Shown in pieces: positions 47,700-61,299 of a stretch of DNA of 64,000 bases. The stretch spans positions 18,868,341 through 18,932,340 of the forward strand of contig NC_083409.1 of the NCBI RefSeq assembly GCF_020745735.1, written 5' to 3'. The translations under genes and the position numbers were made by a program. The DNA is from Hemiscyllium ocellatum (Eukaryota). The notes below the pieces were generated by a model, which ran no database searches, was not told the origin of the DNA, and saw nothing but the letters and a program-made list of their open reading frames with translations. Positions within the stretch are counted from its first letter, which is position 1. Every line of letters starts with the position of its first letter.

Positions 47700-49310
47700 T
47701 CTCAATTGTATCAATTGTGACGACCTCTCAACAAAGAAATGAAACCGGACAGACCACGGGCATCGATGCAGAGACAGTAAAGGTATTGACATACCTGCTC
47801 CATCCTCCTTACTGACATCTGGGAGGAAGTGCCAGATTCAGGAGAGCTGTCTCACAGACTAGTCAAGCAACAGCTTGACACAGCCATACTCACAGAACCA
47901 TACCTTACAGACAATGTCCCAGACACCACCATCACTGTCCCTGCATGTATCCTGTCCCACAGAAAGGCAAACCTAGCAGAGCTAATGACACAGTGGTCTC
48001 CAGCCAGGAGGGAGTTACAGTGAGAGGCCTCAAAGTTGATTCCAGACCCCATGAAGTCTCATGACTCCAGCCTAAACATGGGCGAGGAAACCTCCTGGTG
48101 ATTACAAGATATCTTGCTCCCTCGGCTGATGAATCAGTCTCTCCTCCATGTTGAACAACATTTGGAGGAAGCACTGAGGGTGATGACAGCACAGAATGTA
48201 CTTTGGGTGGGGGGGGTGCGGTTTCAATGTCCACCACTGAGAGTGGCTCGGCAGCAGCATTACTGATCGAGCTGGTTGGTTCCTAATGGGTGTAGCTGAG
48301 GGACTGGCTCTGCAGCTGGTGGTGAAGGAACCAAACAGATGGAAAAACGTACTTGACCCCCATCCTCACCAATCTTGTGGCTGTAGATGCATCTGTCCTT
48401 GACAGTATTGGTAAGAGTGACCATAACACAGTCCTTGTAGAAACAAAGTTTGACCTTCACATTGAGAATACCCTCCATTGTGTTGTGTGGTACTATCACC
48501 GTGCTAAATAGGACAGACTCCAAACAGATATTGCAACTCAAGGCAATGATCATGAATGGGGAGCATTGCCAATGAGTGCACAATCTCAACATCTCATATA
48601 CTGAAACAGTCCATGTTCGATTGCAGCAATATCTGCACAATATCCAATTTCATCTGAGAAGCAATATTTTAGATTGGTGCCTTGCAAATACCAGCCAATG
48701 ACCATCACCAATAATAGACAATCTAGCCATCGTCCCTTGACAGTCAATGCTATTACCATCACTGAATCCCCACTATCAACATTCTGAGGTACTATTGACC
48801 AGAAACTCAACTGGACTCACCCCAGAAACACAGTGATTACATGAGCAGGTTAGAGGCGAGGAATACTGTATCGAATAACTCACCTCCTGATTCCTCCAAA
48901 GCCTGTCAACCAAGTCAGGAGTGTGATCGAATACTCCCCACCTGCCTGGATGGGTGCAGCTCCAACAACATTCATAGAATAATGGTGTCACAGCATCATG
49001 CAGCACAGAAACAAACCCTTAAGCCAAACTTCTATATTCTGACCAGGTTTTCTGAAGTGAATGAGTCTCATTTGCCTGCATTTGGCCCATATCCCTCTAA
49101 TCCATTCCTGTCTATGTCTATCATATCCTATGTCATTCTTATCCACTCAGAAAGCTTGATACCATCCAGAGCCAAGCAGCCTCCTTGATTGGCATCACAT
49201 CCACAAAGCATCCACTCCCACCACTGCTCCATAGCAGCAGCGTGAATTATTGATAAGATGCTCAGCAGAAACTCACCAAAGATCCTCAGATAGCACCTTC
49301 CAAACCCATA
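47700..49310 (+). mobile_element. Internally deleted CR1/L2-group LINE of the second family (APE endonuclease + 3' end)
   Basis: GELSHRLVKQQLDTAILTEPYLTDNVPDTTITVP endonuclease N-terminus; 3' part matches the reverse complement of 5020-5700. Confidence 0.8.
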
Positions 49311-49314
49311 TGGG

Positions 49315-49449
49315 AAAATAGAAATTGCACAAAAAGCTCAGCAGATCTGGCAGCATCTGTGGAGAGAAATCAGAGCACAAAATGTTAACATTGATTTCTC
49401 TTCACAGATGCTGCCAGACCTGCTGAGCTTTTCCAGCAATTTCTATTTT
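49315..49449. repeat. Foldback element, about 58-bp inverted arms (49315-49372 / 49392-49449)
   Basis: Arms directly complementary; same family as 8881-9024. Confidence 0.85.
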
Positions 49450-51041
49450 TGTCTCATATTTACAGTCCTTATGCTTCCCTCCTAAACCCACGTCCACGTC
49501 CATTTAGAACAAGAGCAGCAGATACATGGGAACACTTCCCATGAGTGAATACTTAAAACCAAATGAAGTGTTCCTCAGGAGGGGAGAGGGAATGTTCAAG
49601 ATCCTGAGCTCCATTTCCCAGCCCAGGCAGTTTGTCTCCCAATGAATGAATGAGATGCCAATTTGAAGCCCAGGTTCAGAGCAGTATCACTCTGTGGACA
49701 TGAGGTCTATAAGAGGGAATTGGAGATTGAGCTGAAAAGGAAAGATTTGCTGAGTTATGGGGAGAGAGCAATGGGGCTAATTGAGTAATTCCAAGGCATG
49801 ATGGGCTGAATGGCCGCCTCCTGTGCTGTCAGATTCCAGGGAGAGCAGACAGTTCACAGTTTTCTCCCATCTCAGTAACAAACACCCAGCTGCTCCGAGC
49901 TCCTTCTTTCACTTCCTCTCTTGGTGAAGTTTCAACCTTGCGATCTGACAGTCTTTGCAGTTATTTTTTACACTGGGGCTTTCTGCTGTGGTCAGAATCT
50001 CTAATAATTTGTGTCCGATCAGTGACAATCACAGCAGCTAAGAGCAGTCAGGACTGAGGAGCCAGGCTCACTGGGAAACACATTAGGAAGATCAAAGCCA
50101 TCCTCTTCAGCTCCTGGTACAAGCTCCATCCCTCTCCCTGAGCACTGTCTGCTGCTCAACCAGGCTCTTTATAACTTTGGCCTCATCTTTGAGGCTGATT
50201 TGAGGCCCAAGTCCTCCACATCACAATTATCAGCCACTGAAAATCTCAACCATGTTTTTGAGACTCCAAATGTGACAATTCCAATGTTATCCAGGCCCAC
50301 GTCACAGCCACTGCCTTCCGTAAATATCAGCTCATCCCAAACTCTGCTATCGTTGTTCCAACTCACACCAAGTCCACCCCACACCCCCGTCCCTATCTTC
50401 CGTCCCACCATGACCACCACAATCCTCACTGACCGACATCAGCTCCTGGTCCAGCAACACCTTGATTTTCAAATTCTCATCCTTGTTCTTAAACCGCTCC
50501 CTGTCCTTCCATCCTCCCTATCTCTGTGACCTCCTCCAAGCCACCTCAGTGTGGTTAGCAATCTTGGATATATGGCTCTCTGTTTCTTCATCCAAGTCAT
50601 TGAGAAATATCGTGAAAAGATGAGATCCCAGCACAGATCCCTGGCAACACCACTACTCACATCTGGCTCATTGGAACACATACACATTATCCTTCCTCTC
50701 TGTCTCCTAGACGGACCCATTTCTGACACAAGGTAAATACATTTCTCAAATTCCAACCGATTCCATGATTTGGAGGTGCCAGTGTTGGACTGTCGTGTAC
50801 AAAGTTAAAAATCACAGAACACCAGATTGTAGTCCAACAGGTTTATTTGGAAACACCAGCTTTCTGAGCGGTGCTCCTTCATCAAGTAATTGTGGAGCGC
50901 AAGATCTGATTCCATGTTTCTTTTGTGGAATGTTCTTAAATGTCTTCTGGAATTCCCTATGGTCAATAGCCATCGACATTCCCTTAAATCCCACATTAGG
51001 GACCTCCTAACAATGTGTAACCTCGTTAGTTAAAGATTCGA

Positions 51042-51319
51042 TCAGATTCCCTACAGTGTGGAAACAGACCCTGTGGACCAACAAGTCCACGCTGACCCTC
51101 CGAAGAGAAACCCACCCAGACCCATTTCCCTCGGAACTAATGCACCTAACACGGTGGGCAATTTAGAATGGCCAATTCACCTGACCTGCACATTTTTACA
51201 CTGTGGGAGGAAACCCACGCAGACACAGGGAGAATGTATAAGCTCTACACACATCCGAGGCTGGAATTGAACCTGGGCCCCTGGTGCTGTGAGGCAGCAG
51301 TGCTAACCACTGAGCCACT
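51042..51319 (-). mobile_element. HE1-type SINE
   Basis: Reverse complement of head, core and tail. Confidence 0.85.
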
Positions 51320-51599
51320 ATATTGAACCTTCAATATCTGAACCTTTGTAAATCCATGCTGATTCTCTCAGACCAGTTCATATTTGTCCGTTATTCTGTC
51401 TCTAAAACCAGACTCAATCACTTCCTGACAACAAACATTCAACGGAGATGTTCATTGTGAATGAGGTTACTAAACTGCTAGCACTGACATGAGTGGCTGA
51501 AGAGCCTCCTTCTGAGCTGGAGCCTTCTCTGTCTCATTGATGGGAATATTTTACAGATTAAAAATTAAAGACTAACAGCAATTTTTTTAAAAAACATTA

Positions 51600-54500
51600 A
51601 AAACTCCTCAAATAATTCCCACATACAGGGCCGGGCGATGTGTAGTAATTGTACGATGGGGAAGCTGGTGGAGCCCATTGTAGCTCAGAGTGACCACATC
51701 TACAGCAAGTGTTGGTTGCTCAAGGCACTCCAGCTCAGACTTGATGAGCTGGAATCTGAGCTTCAAACACTGCGACACATAGGGGAGTAGGCGAGTTACC
51801 TGGACACTGTGTTTGGGGAGGCAGTCATACCTTGTAGGTTAAATACTTCAAATTATAGTCAGTGGTTAGGGACAGGAGGGTGTGACGATAAGTGAGCAGG
51901 TCGATGCAGCCTGAATGTAGTATTGCAGGAGTCTCAGCTCATTCTCCAACAGGAATGAGGTACATGCTCCCTGTGTCAGTGAGGGAAATGTTTGTTGGGA
52001 GAATGGGCAAACCTAGTGTAAGCATTTTGGTGATAATGACCATAACTCTGTAAGTTTCAAAGTCATCATGTAAAGAGATAAAGATGAAGCAAAAATTAAA
52101 CGTGTAAACTGGGGGATATCCGATTTCAACTAGGCAAAAGTGAGGACTGCAGATGCTGGAAACCAGAGTTTAAATCAGAGTGGTATTGGAAAAGCATTGC
52201 AGGTCACGCAGCATCTGAGGGCAAGAAAATTGACATTTTGAGCAAAAGCCCTTCATCAGGAATAGAGGCAGGGACTCTCCAGTGTGGAGAGATAAATGGA
52301 GGTGGTGGGTGGGGAGGGGCGTGTTTAGGGAGAAGGTAGCAAAAAGTACAATAGGTGAATGGGGTGGGGATGGAGGTGATAGGTTGGAGAGGAGGGTGGG
52401 GGAAGGTAGAAAAGAGTACAATAGGTGAATGGGGGTGGGGATGGAGGTGATAGGTCAGAGGGGAGGGTGCAGCAGATAGGTGGGAAGGGAGATTGGCAGG
52501 TAGGACAGGTCATGAGGACAATGCTGATCTGGAAGGTTGGAACTGGGGTAAGGTGGAGGGAGGGAAATGAGCTCTTCAACCATGTACTGAAAGAGACGCG
52601 ACTTCACCAGTTTCCTCATTTCCCCTATGATTGTATGATTCCATGTGGTTGTCTGTTAACTGCCCTATGGGCAGTAAATATTGGCTTGGTCAGAGATGCC
52701 CATATCCTATGAATGAATGAATGAAAACATGCATCATGGTCCAGGAGGCCATTCAGACTGGGGGAGCACAAAGGAAAGAGGAGGATTTGATAATGAGGGG
52801 GACTGATAGCATCCTTTGTGAGCAGGATTGAGAGTCCCACATGGTGTGTTGCCTGCCTGGTGCTCAGGTAAGGGGCATCTCGAACCAGCTTGAAAGGATA
52901 TTGGAGTGGGGGCGGGGAGGAGGATCCAGTTGTTGTCGTGTTGAGACCAACAACATTGGCAACATCGGCTAAAGGTCCTATTTGGGCAATATCAGGAAAG
53001 CTATCAGAAGGATATTGATTAAACAGATAGAGAGAAATAAGAAAGAGATGAATACAGTATCAGTGCTGAGGAACAGATTCCAGTGAATGGACCAAATGAG
53101 AGTTCTATATATGAATGCACGGAGCGTAAGGAATAAATACAATAATCTGCGGGCACAAATTCAAATTTAAGATTATGCTGTAGGATCAATTACTGAGACA
53201 TATTTGCAGAATAGTTAAGATTGGGAACTAAATATATCGGGTTATAAGGTTCACAGGATGGACATGGGGAAATGACAGAAGAGGTGGAGCAGCCTTATTC
53301 ATTAGAAACAAAATTACTTCAATGGTGAGGGAGGTTAAAATGAGGGGAAAGCATTCAGTGGAACTGAGAAGCAGGAAAGGATCTAAAACTGTAATAGATG
53401 TTGGATACAGACCCCCCCTGGCAGCAGCTCTGAGGTGCTGGATTGTATAAATGTAGGAATTAGGCAAGTGTGCAGCAAAGCCAGTGCATTATTAATGGGG
53501 AAGTTTAATTTTAACTTAGATTAGGAGAGAGACAAGCCCTCTGTCAGAAAGGTAGTGAATTTCTGGAGGGTATCCGGAATAGTTACCAAAAGCAATAGGT
53601 CCTGGATACAACAAGGGGACAAACAATATTGGAATTAGTAATGAATAATGAACCAGATTTAGTTGGTAACTACTTGTACATGAACATCTATCAAATAGTG
53701 ATCATAACATGATCGAGTTCAGTGTCACATTTGAAAGTAAACAGCATGAATCAGCTGCTAGAGTTTGAGATTAAGGTAAGGGCCGACTTTAACGAGATGA
53801 GACAGAGACTGTCCACAGTAAACTGGGAAAATCTGCTCATGGGTAAAACAACTGAAGAACAGTGGGGGATGTTTAAAGAAACATTCAACATAAAACAAAA
53901 CCAGTTTATACCTGAGAGGGGAAAGCTCCACTTCTTCGAACAAACAGCAATGGACAATAAAGGAGATTAGGGAAAGAATAAAACTAAAACAAGGGCTTAC
54001 AAAAAAGCAAGTAAAATGACATCATCTGCTGAATGGGAAAGATACAAAGGGCCACAAAGCAGCTTCGAAGAGCTACCAAAAGGGATTCTGAAAGGAAACA
54101 TGTAAGGGATATCAAAATCAATAAGGAGAAATGTTTCAGTTCCATAAAAGGGAATCTGGGAGGTCAGGAGCAATGTTGGTATTAAAGACTGAAAGTGGGG
54201 GATATTGTCAGTGACAATGGGGAAATGACAGCCAACTGAAATAATTACTTTACCTCAAGATTTGCCGTAGAAAAGGAGGTGGACTTGCCTGAAGTCCCAA
54301 AAGAATTAACGGGGATTAGGGACAGGGACTGAATAAAATTAATGTCAGAAAAACATCTATAATGAGGAAAATAATGAAAATGAAGAGTGACAATCCCTCA
54401 GGATCTGATATTCTCCATCTGAGGGTGATAAAGGTAGCAACAGACCACATTGTAGACACTCTGACTATAGTCTTTCAGAGTTCCCTGGATACAGGAGTCG

Positions 54501-55070
54501 TACCTTTGGCTTGGAAATTTGCAAACGTCACTTCACGTTTAACAAGGATTTGAGAGAAAATCCAGGGAATTACAGGTCACTCAGCCAGCGTTTGTAATGT
54601 GGAAATTGTTGAAGTCTATAATCAAGGATGGGGGTAACTGAAGACTTTGAAAATGGTCAGTTATTCAGGGAGAGTCAGCATGGATTCATGACAAGGTGGT
54701 CATGGTGAAAAACCTCATTGAACTTTTTTGAAGAGGAGACTAACGTATTGGACACAGTAATGTCAATGGATGTTGTTTATTGGGACTTCCAGAAGACATT
54801 TGATAGTGTCCTATGTAAGAAAACGTCAACTTCGATAAATGTCCACAGAATTGAGGCTAAAATACTGGCACATTGGAATGCTGGTTGAGTGACAGGTGAC
54901 CGAAAATAGGGATAATGGGTAAGTGCTGAAATCGGCAGGATGTGACGTGTCCAATAGGAAAGTGTGCTCACAACTCAGTTAGTTACATTATTTATCAATG
55001 ACTTGGATAATGGCACAGATATTTCAGTTTGCTTATAACACAAAGTTTGGCAGCATTGTAGACAGTGTCG
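51600..55070 (+). mobile_element. Heavily decayed near-full-length CR1 (ORF1 Cys-rich/coiled-coil, esterase, APE, RT pieces)
   Basis: CSNCTM..LQLRLDELESELQTLRH; CCLPGA-like; YMNARS; RT remnants. Confidence 0.8.
52135..52570 (-). mobile_element. Penelope-derived repeat inserted in the CR1, with a degenerate hammerhead core at about 52228-52263
   Basis: Same left end as 31369; minus strand CUGAUGA-A-GGGC(UUUU)GCUC-AAAAU-GUC. Confidence 0.6.
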
Positions 55071-55368
55071 ACAGAATCAGAGAGTCATACAGCATTCAAC
55101 CAGGGCAGGCTTTAACAGAGTATAATTTATCTTTGATATACAACTCCTTGAACTCCATCTCTCTCTCTCTCGCTGTATCCTCCTCCTCCCTCTCTACCTC
55201 AGCTGCATGGATCTTACTCTGATTTTAATCCCTCTTTTCTCTCTACAAGCTCCATCTCCCTCTCTCTCAAAGCTCCCATCTCTCTCTCTCTCTCTCTCTC
55301 TTTCTGAGCTCCATCCCTCCCTCATTCTGAGCTGCTGGGAGTTCGATCTGAGCCAATGCCAGTGAATC

Positions 55369-55487
55369 CCATGGAGAATAATGACGGGATATTTGGCGTG
55401 TGAGTTTGATGATGTAAATGTGAACCATTGCAGCAAAGACATTACAGATGGTTTGTACAGACAGCAAAGCCCCAACCAGAGCATTGT
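55369..55487 (+). repeat. Copy 1 of a 119-bp inverted duplication
   Basis: 3 mismatches versus the reverse complement of 57757-57875. Confidence 0.9.
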
Positions 55488-56189
55488 GTCAATCAACACA
55501 GAACTTATGAAAGCTTCAATAAAAACAATTATTAATGTGATTCTCAGAGATGTGTCATTATTCTCATTACAAATGGCTGTTTCCCTGTGAAGGTCCATCC
55601 TGCTGAATATTAGATACAGCTGGGCTTTGGAGTGTAATGTGGTGAAATGTGACCTTGTTCACTTTCACGAAAATCATTCAAATGTGACTGGCGCACACTT
55701 AAGTTCAAATGGCAATTGGGTATAATCCTGAAGGTGTAAGAGAGGCAGAAACTCACATAGTTCTAGTTATCAATGAGGTCTTATCAACACCCGTTTCACA
55801 AATCAATTTTAGGAAAGAATAATACACTTCCAATCTTATCTATGCAATCTTCTCGTCTGTGAATAGGGAATGAATCTGGCTTTGGGACTATATTCACTTT
55901 CTTAGAGTCTACACAGAATCAAATTGAACAGTTTGTTTCAGGAACCAATGCTACAGGAGAACACCAATTACTCTGACTTGGTTCAATCAACTGATTCTCC
56001 AACATGGAAGCCCTTTGTTATGTTGGCCTGTTTCTGTTGGTTTTTGTTTTATTGTGTCAGTCCCAGAAACATACAGACAGACGTTTCAGAACTTACAGAA
56101 ACAGCCTGGACAAACATCTACTGAGTTTGAGACGGTGAGGTAGCAGTGCTAACCACTGAGCCCCCGTGCCACCATGGTTAGCTTCAGAA

Positions 56190-56490
56190 CAGAGTGCTGA
56201 TGAGGAAGTGGAGACCGCCTCATGGACCCCTAGATGAAGAATGGTTGGTTAGACATTGGCTAGTGGTCCCACCCAGCTATCAGAGGGAACTAGTACAAGG
56301 AGCACATGAGACTCCCATGGCAGATCACATGGGGATTTGGAAAACATTGGCATCCAGAAACAGGCATTTTACTGAGCTACAATTGGATAAAGATGTGGTG
56401 CAGTTTTATAAAACCTGTCCTACTTGTCAAGTTGTAGGTAAACCTCAATACAAAACAAGTATCCTTAATTCCTCTCCCAGTATTTGAGGA
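56190..56490 (+). mobile_element. Gypsy LTR-retrotransposon pol fragment (integrase H2C2 zinc-binding region)
   Basis: LVVPPSYQRELVQGAHETPMADHMGIWKT...DVVQFYKTCPTCQVVGKP. Confidence 0.85.
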
Positions 56491-57230
56491 ACCATCGTGT
56501 CATGTACAGATTTGTCAAGTAGTGAGTATAATGGAGATGGGGATGACCCTTCCTCCTTTCCATAATAACTATGAAACATATGGAGTTATGTTCACTATCT
56601 CCAAAATGCTCACCCACTGACTCTTCAACCATTTGACCGGCTTCATTACCAAGGATTGAGTCCTGCACTGCCCATGTTCAGAGGGACTACCGATGTACTG
56701 GCACCAAAAGCTCTCCTGTGGGCTTTAAAATTTCTACCATTCACACAAAGGCAATCCCAGTTCATGCTAGAGAAGTTGAAATTCCCCACTAATATAACCC
56801 TATTCCTCTCACACCTCTCTGTGATTTACCAACATATCTGCACCTTTCTCTCCATCTGACAATTGGGGGGCCTGTAGTATAATCCCAGCAAAGTGATTGT
56901 CCTTTTGTTATTTCTACCTTTACCCAGATGGCCTCATTTGAAGAGCCTTCCAAGAAATGCTCCTTCAATCTTGCAGTGATGGTCTCCTTTATCAATAATG
57001 CAATACACACACCACTCTTGCATTCCCTCTATCCCACCTGAGACTTCTCTACCCTGGAATGTTGAGCTGCCAGTCCTATCTTTCTTCAATCATGTCTCAG
57101 CAATTGCAGCAATATGATATTCCCACGTGCTGGTCAATGCTCTCAGTTCAACCATCTTACGAGTCAAGCTCCTTACATTAAAATAGATACAGTTCAGCTT
57201 TCTGGTCTTCATGTGTTCCTGATCCTGTCC
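56490..57230 (-). mobile_element. CR1 endonuclease-region fragment (further minus-strand CR1 3' debris at 57280-57720)
   Basis: ALLIKETITA..LEGSSNEAIWV; SILGNEAGQMVEESVGEHFGDSEHN. Confidence 0.75.
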
Positions 57231-57756
57231 TAATGGTTACCCAGTGGTTTTCTGTGTCGCCCTTACTCTCCCATGAAGGGAAACATCCAGCATTTCCCCT
57301 GTCAAGCCCCTTAAGGATTTGATACATTTCAATAAGATTCCCTCTTATTCTTCTAAATTCCAGGGATCAGATTCCTAACCTGTTTGACCTTTGCTCATAA
57401 GACAATCGCTCCATACCAGGAATCAGTCAAGGGAACCATCTCTGAACTACATCCAATGCAGCTCCTGTCCTTTCTTCAATAAGGAGCCTGATACTAGACA
57501 CCATATTCCAGATGTGCTCTCACCAAACCCCTAACCCTAACAGCTGCAGTAAAATGTCCCTGCTTTTAGATTGCATTCCCTTTATAAGGAGCAACAACAC
57601 TCCATCTGCCTCCGGATTCACTTGCTGTAGCTGCGTTCTAATTTTGTGATTCATATCCCCCACATTACACTCCATCTGCCCAATATTTCTCCAAAGCCCA
57701 GCTTTATCGAATACTCAGCAGGATGGACCCCATTCACTGGGAAAAAGTCATTTGTA

Positions 57757-57875
57757 ACAATGCTCTGGTTTGGGTTTTGCTGTCTGTACAAACCATCTGT
57801 AATGTCTTTGCTGCAATGGTTCACATTTACATCATCAAACTCACACTCCAAATATCCCATCATTATTCTCCATGG
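57757..57875 (-). repeat. Copy 2 of the 119-bp inverted duplication
   Basis: See copy 1. Confidence 0.9.
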
Positions 57876-59129
57876 CTGAAGAATATGGCCCTGGCTGATC
57901 CTTTCCCTGCAGCAAGGAACCCAGTGGAATGTCATCATTGGAATTGATATTTGAGAGGAACAGGTCCACTCCGGATCTGGATCTCAGGTTTGGGAATGTG
58001 CGGCGATGCTGGATCAGAGGATGGAGTCTCTTCCAGAACTGGGAAAATGTAACAATGAGAATCCAATCAGACAGAGCCTTGTCAGGGAGGGAGGGAGGGG
58101 GATGTCGGTGCTGGGCACAGTAAACCAGCTCATGGTGTCCAAGAGGTCGAGTGGTCAGTTTCTGGTTAGAAATTGAAGCTTCTGCAGCTTCTCCTGGCTT
58201 CCAGCTCCATCATTAAATCAGGAGCAGTTTCAGAGAGGAACTCCATTTCTCATCAGCACACACTGACACCATCAACAGAACAGAAGGAATCGGGTCAGCA
58301 GGAGGCCATTCAGTCCCTCCAGCCTGCTCCACTAAACCCCAGGGAGTAATGTCAAATAGACTCCATTTGGCCTCATCAGAGAATCCGCTTCGGCCAGGAA
58401 TCAGCTTCACGAATCTTTGCTGCACTCCTTCCAGGTAGAGTCTGGGTGAGTCTATCCTTCCATCGGGAAGGAAATCAAAACTGGACCCAGTGCTGCCGGT
58501 GCGGCCTCACCAAGGTCTGACATAATTGGAATAAGACTCCTTCCCTCAGACATGGACAACAGCTGGCTCCCAATAATTGGCTCCCTCTCCGTCTCTCTCT
58601 TTCTCTCTCTCTTTTTTTTCTCTCTCTCTCCCCCTTTCCGTCTCTTTGTCTTCGCATCACCCCATCTCCCCCTCTCTCTCAGTCTCGATGCTGACTTCTA
58701 CCTCTGAAGGGGTTCTCTGGTGGTCAGTGTTTAATAGAAGCGGCTGCGTGTCAGTATATTTTCGATGCTGTAGGGTTTATGAGCATGGGGGGAGGGGATT
58801 CAGGCTCCGTTCTTTGATGTCAGGCAGTGATGCCTGTCCCAGTGGGTCAGACTGTGATGCTGCTGTTTGCTGGCACTGACACTATGATATGGATTGCAAT
58901 GTCACTCAGTGTGACAGGAGGTTACATGGCTTGATCAGTGGCGGGGAGGAGCAGACTGAACAAGGAGCTGCAATCATCAGTCACTGCTGAAACCCTTCAC
59001 ACAGCCCTCACCGTTCAGAAACTTCATCACCAAAGATTCTTTCAGCTCCTTGATGACAGCCCTGGAGCTGAAAATGGAAACAGAGAAAGACATCTTTTCA
59101 AGATGCTCCTGGACACAATGTACACTGTG

Positions 59130-60420
59130 TATTCCCCACTAATGCATGCAAAATCATGTCTTACAAACTTGATTGAGTTTTTGAAGAAGTAACAAAGAGG
59201 ATTGATGAGGACAGAGTATTAGACGGGATCTGTGTGGACTTCAATAAGGCATTCAACAAGGTTCCACATGGGAGACTGGTTAGCAAGGTTATGTCTTATG
59301 GAGTACAGGGAGAACTGGCCATTTGTATGCAGAACTGGCTGAAAAGTAGAAGACAGCGGATGGTGATGGAGGGTTGCTTTTCAGACTGGAGGTCTGTGAC
59401 CAGTGGAGTGCCACAAGGGTTGGTGCTGAATCCACTATTTTTCGTCATTTATATAAATGATTTGGATGTGAATATAGGAGATATAGTTAGTAAGTTTACA
59501 GATGACAACAAAATTGGTGGTGTAGTGCACAGCGAAGAAGGTTTCCTCAGATAACAATGGGATCTTGATCAACAGGTCCAATGAGCTGAAGAGTGGCAGA
59601 TGGAGTTTAATTTAGAGAAATGCGAGGTGCTGCATTTTAGCTAAGTAAATCTTAGCAGGATGTATGTACTTAATGGTCAGGTCCCAGAGAGTGCTGCTGA
59701 ACAAAGACACTTTGGAGTGCAGTTTCATAGCTCCTTGAAAATAGAGTCACAGGTAGATAGGATAATGAAGAAGGCATTTGGTATGCTTTCCTTTATTGGT
59801 CAGAGCACTGAGTACAGGAGTTGGGAGGTCATATTGCGGCTATACAGGACATTGGATAGACCACTTTTGGAAAATTGTGCACAAGTCCGGTCTCCATCCT
59901 ATCAGAAGAATGTTGTGAATCTTGTTGTGAACCTTTACAAGGATGTTGCCAGGTTTGGAGGATTTGTGTTATAGGTAGAAGTTGAATAGGTTGGGGCTGT
60001 TTTCGCTGGAGCATCAGAGGCTAAGGGGTGACCCTATAGAGGTTTATAAAAGTATGAGGGGCATGCATAGGATAAAGAGATAAGATCTTTTCCCTGGGGT
60101 TGGGGAGTCCAAAACTAGAGGGCATAGGTTTAGGGTGAGAGGGGAAAAATATAAAAGAGACTTGAGGGGGCCAATGTTTCACGCAGAGGGTGGTGTGAGT
60201 GTGAAATGTGCTGCCAGAGGAAGTGGTGGAAGCAAGTACAATTACAACATTTAAAATGCATCTGGACAGGTATATGAATAGGAAGGGTTTCGATGGACAT
60301 GGGCCGGGTGTTGGCAGGTGTACAAGATTGGGGTGGGATGTTTGGTCGGCATGGATGGGTTAGACTGAAGGGTCCGTTTCTGTGCTGAACATCTCTATGA
60401 CTTAATGACTCCAGGAGGAG
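59130..60420 (+). mobile_element. CR1 RT/3' fragment
   Basis: DFNKAFNKVPHGRL..GVPQGLVLNPLFFVIYINDLD..KFTDDNK. Confidence 0.92.
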
Positions 60421-61299
60421 GTTGTTCAGCCCCTCGTGTCAGTGCTATCTGTTTACTAACCTCACTCACAATGAACATCTCTGATGAATGTCTGTTGTTG
60501 GGAATTGATTGAATCTAGTTTTAGAGACAAAATGTCTGACAAATCTAACCTGATCAGAGTAAGTCATCATGGATTTAAAAAGGTTCAGACATCTTCAACT
60601 AATCTGGTGACATACTATAAAGAGATCACTAATGTGTGAGATAAGGGAATGTGTTGTTTATATGGAAGTTCAGATGACATTCAAGGAAGTTACACACAAA
60701 TGTTATAATGTTATAATTGAAACAAAGAGATGACAGATAAACATATTCTGGATCTTTCTTCACAAATGAATTCTCAAATATATCTTAAAAATGTTGGTGA
60801 ACCCAGGCTGTTATCAGAGGAAGGAACTAAAGGAATCAGTTTTTGTAGGGAAATGGTTCTGGGAAAATTAAAGTATGTTAAATCAGCAGGGACAAATAAT
60901 CTATTTTTGGGAGTACTTCAGGAAGTGGTTGTAAAATACTGGAAACACTGACAGTTATCTGTTTGTTGGCTGTGGGATAGGTTCTAGAGAGTGGAGGGCA
61001 GCTAATTTAACACAACTATTGAAAAAGAGAGAGAGAGGGAAAATAAGGAATTTGAGACCAATTAACCGGACATTAGCAGTGGAGAAAATGTTCAAGATCA
61101 GTCTAAAATGTTTTATAGCTTAGCACTTTGAAAACAGTGACAGAATTGGACAGAGTCAGCATGGATTGTCGAAAGGGAAATCATGCGTAACAAATCACCT
61201 GGAATTGTTCAAGGATGTAGCAAGTGGATGTGATCATGTGGATCCCACGGATATGGTTTGTTTGCACTTTGTAAGGGGAGAAGGCAGATGGTTCTGTGG

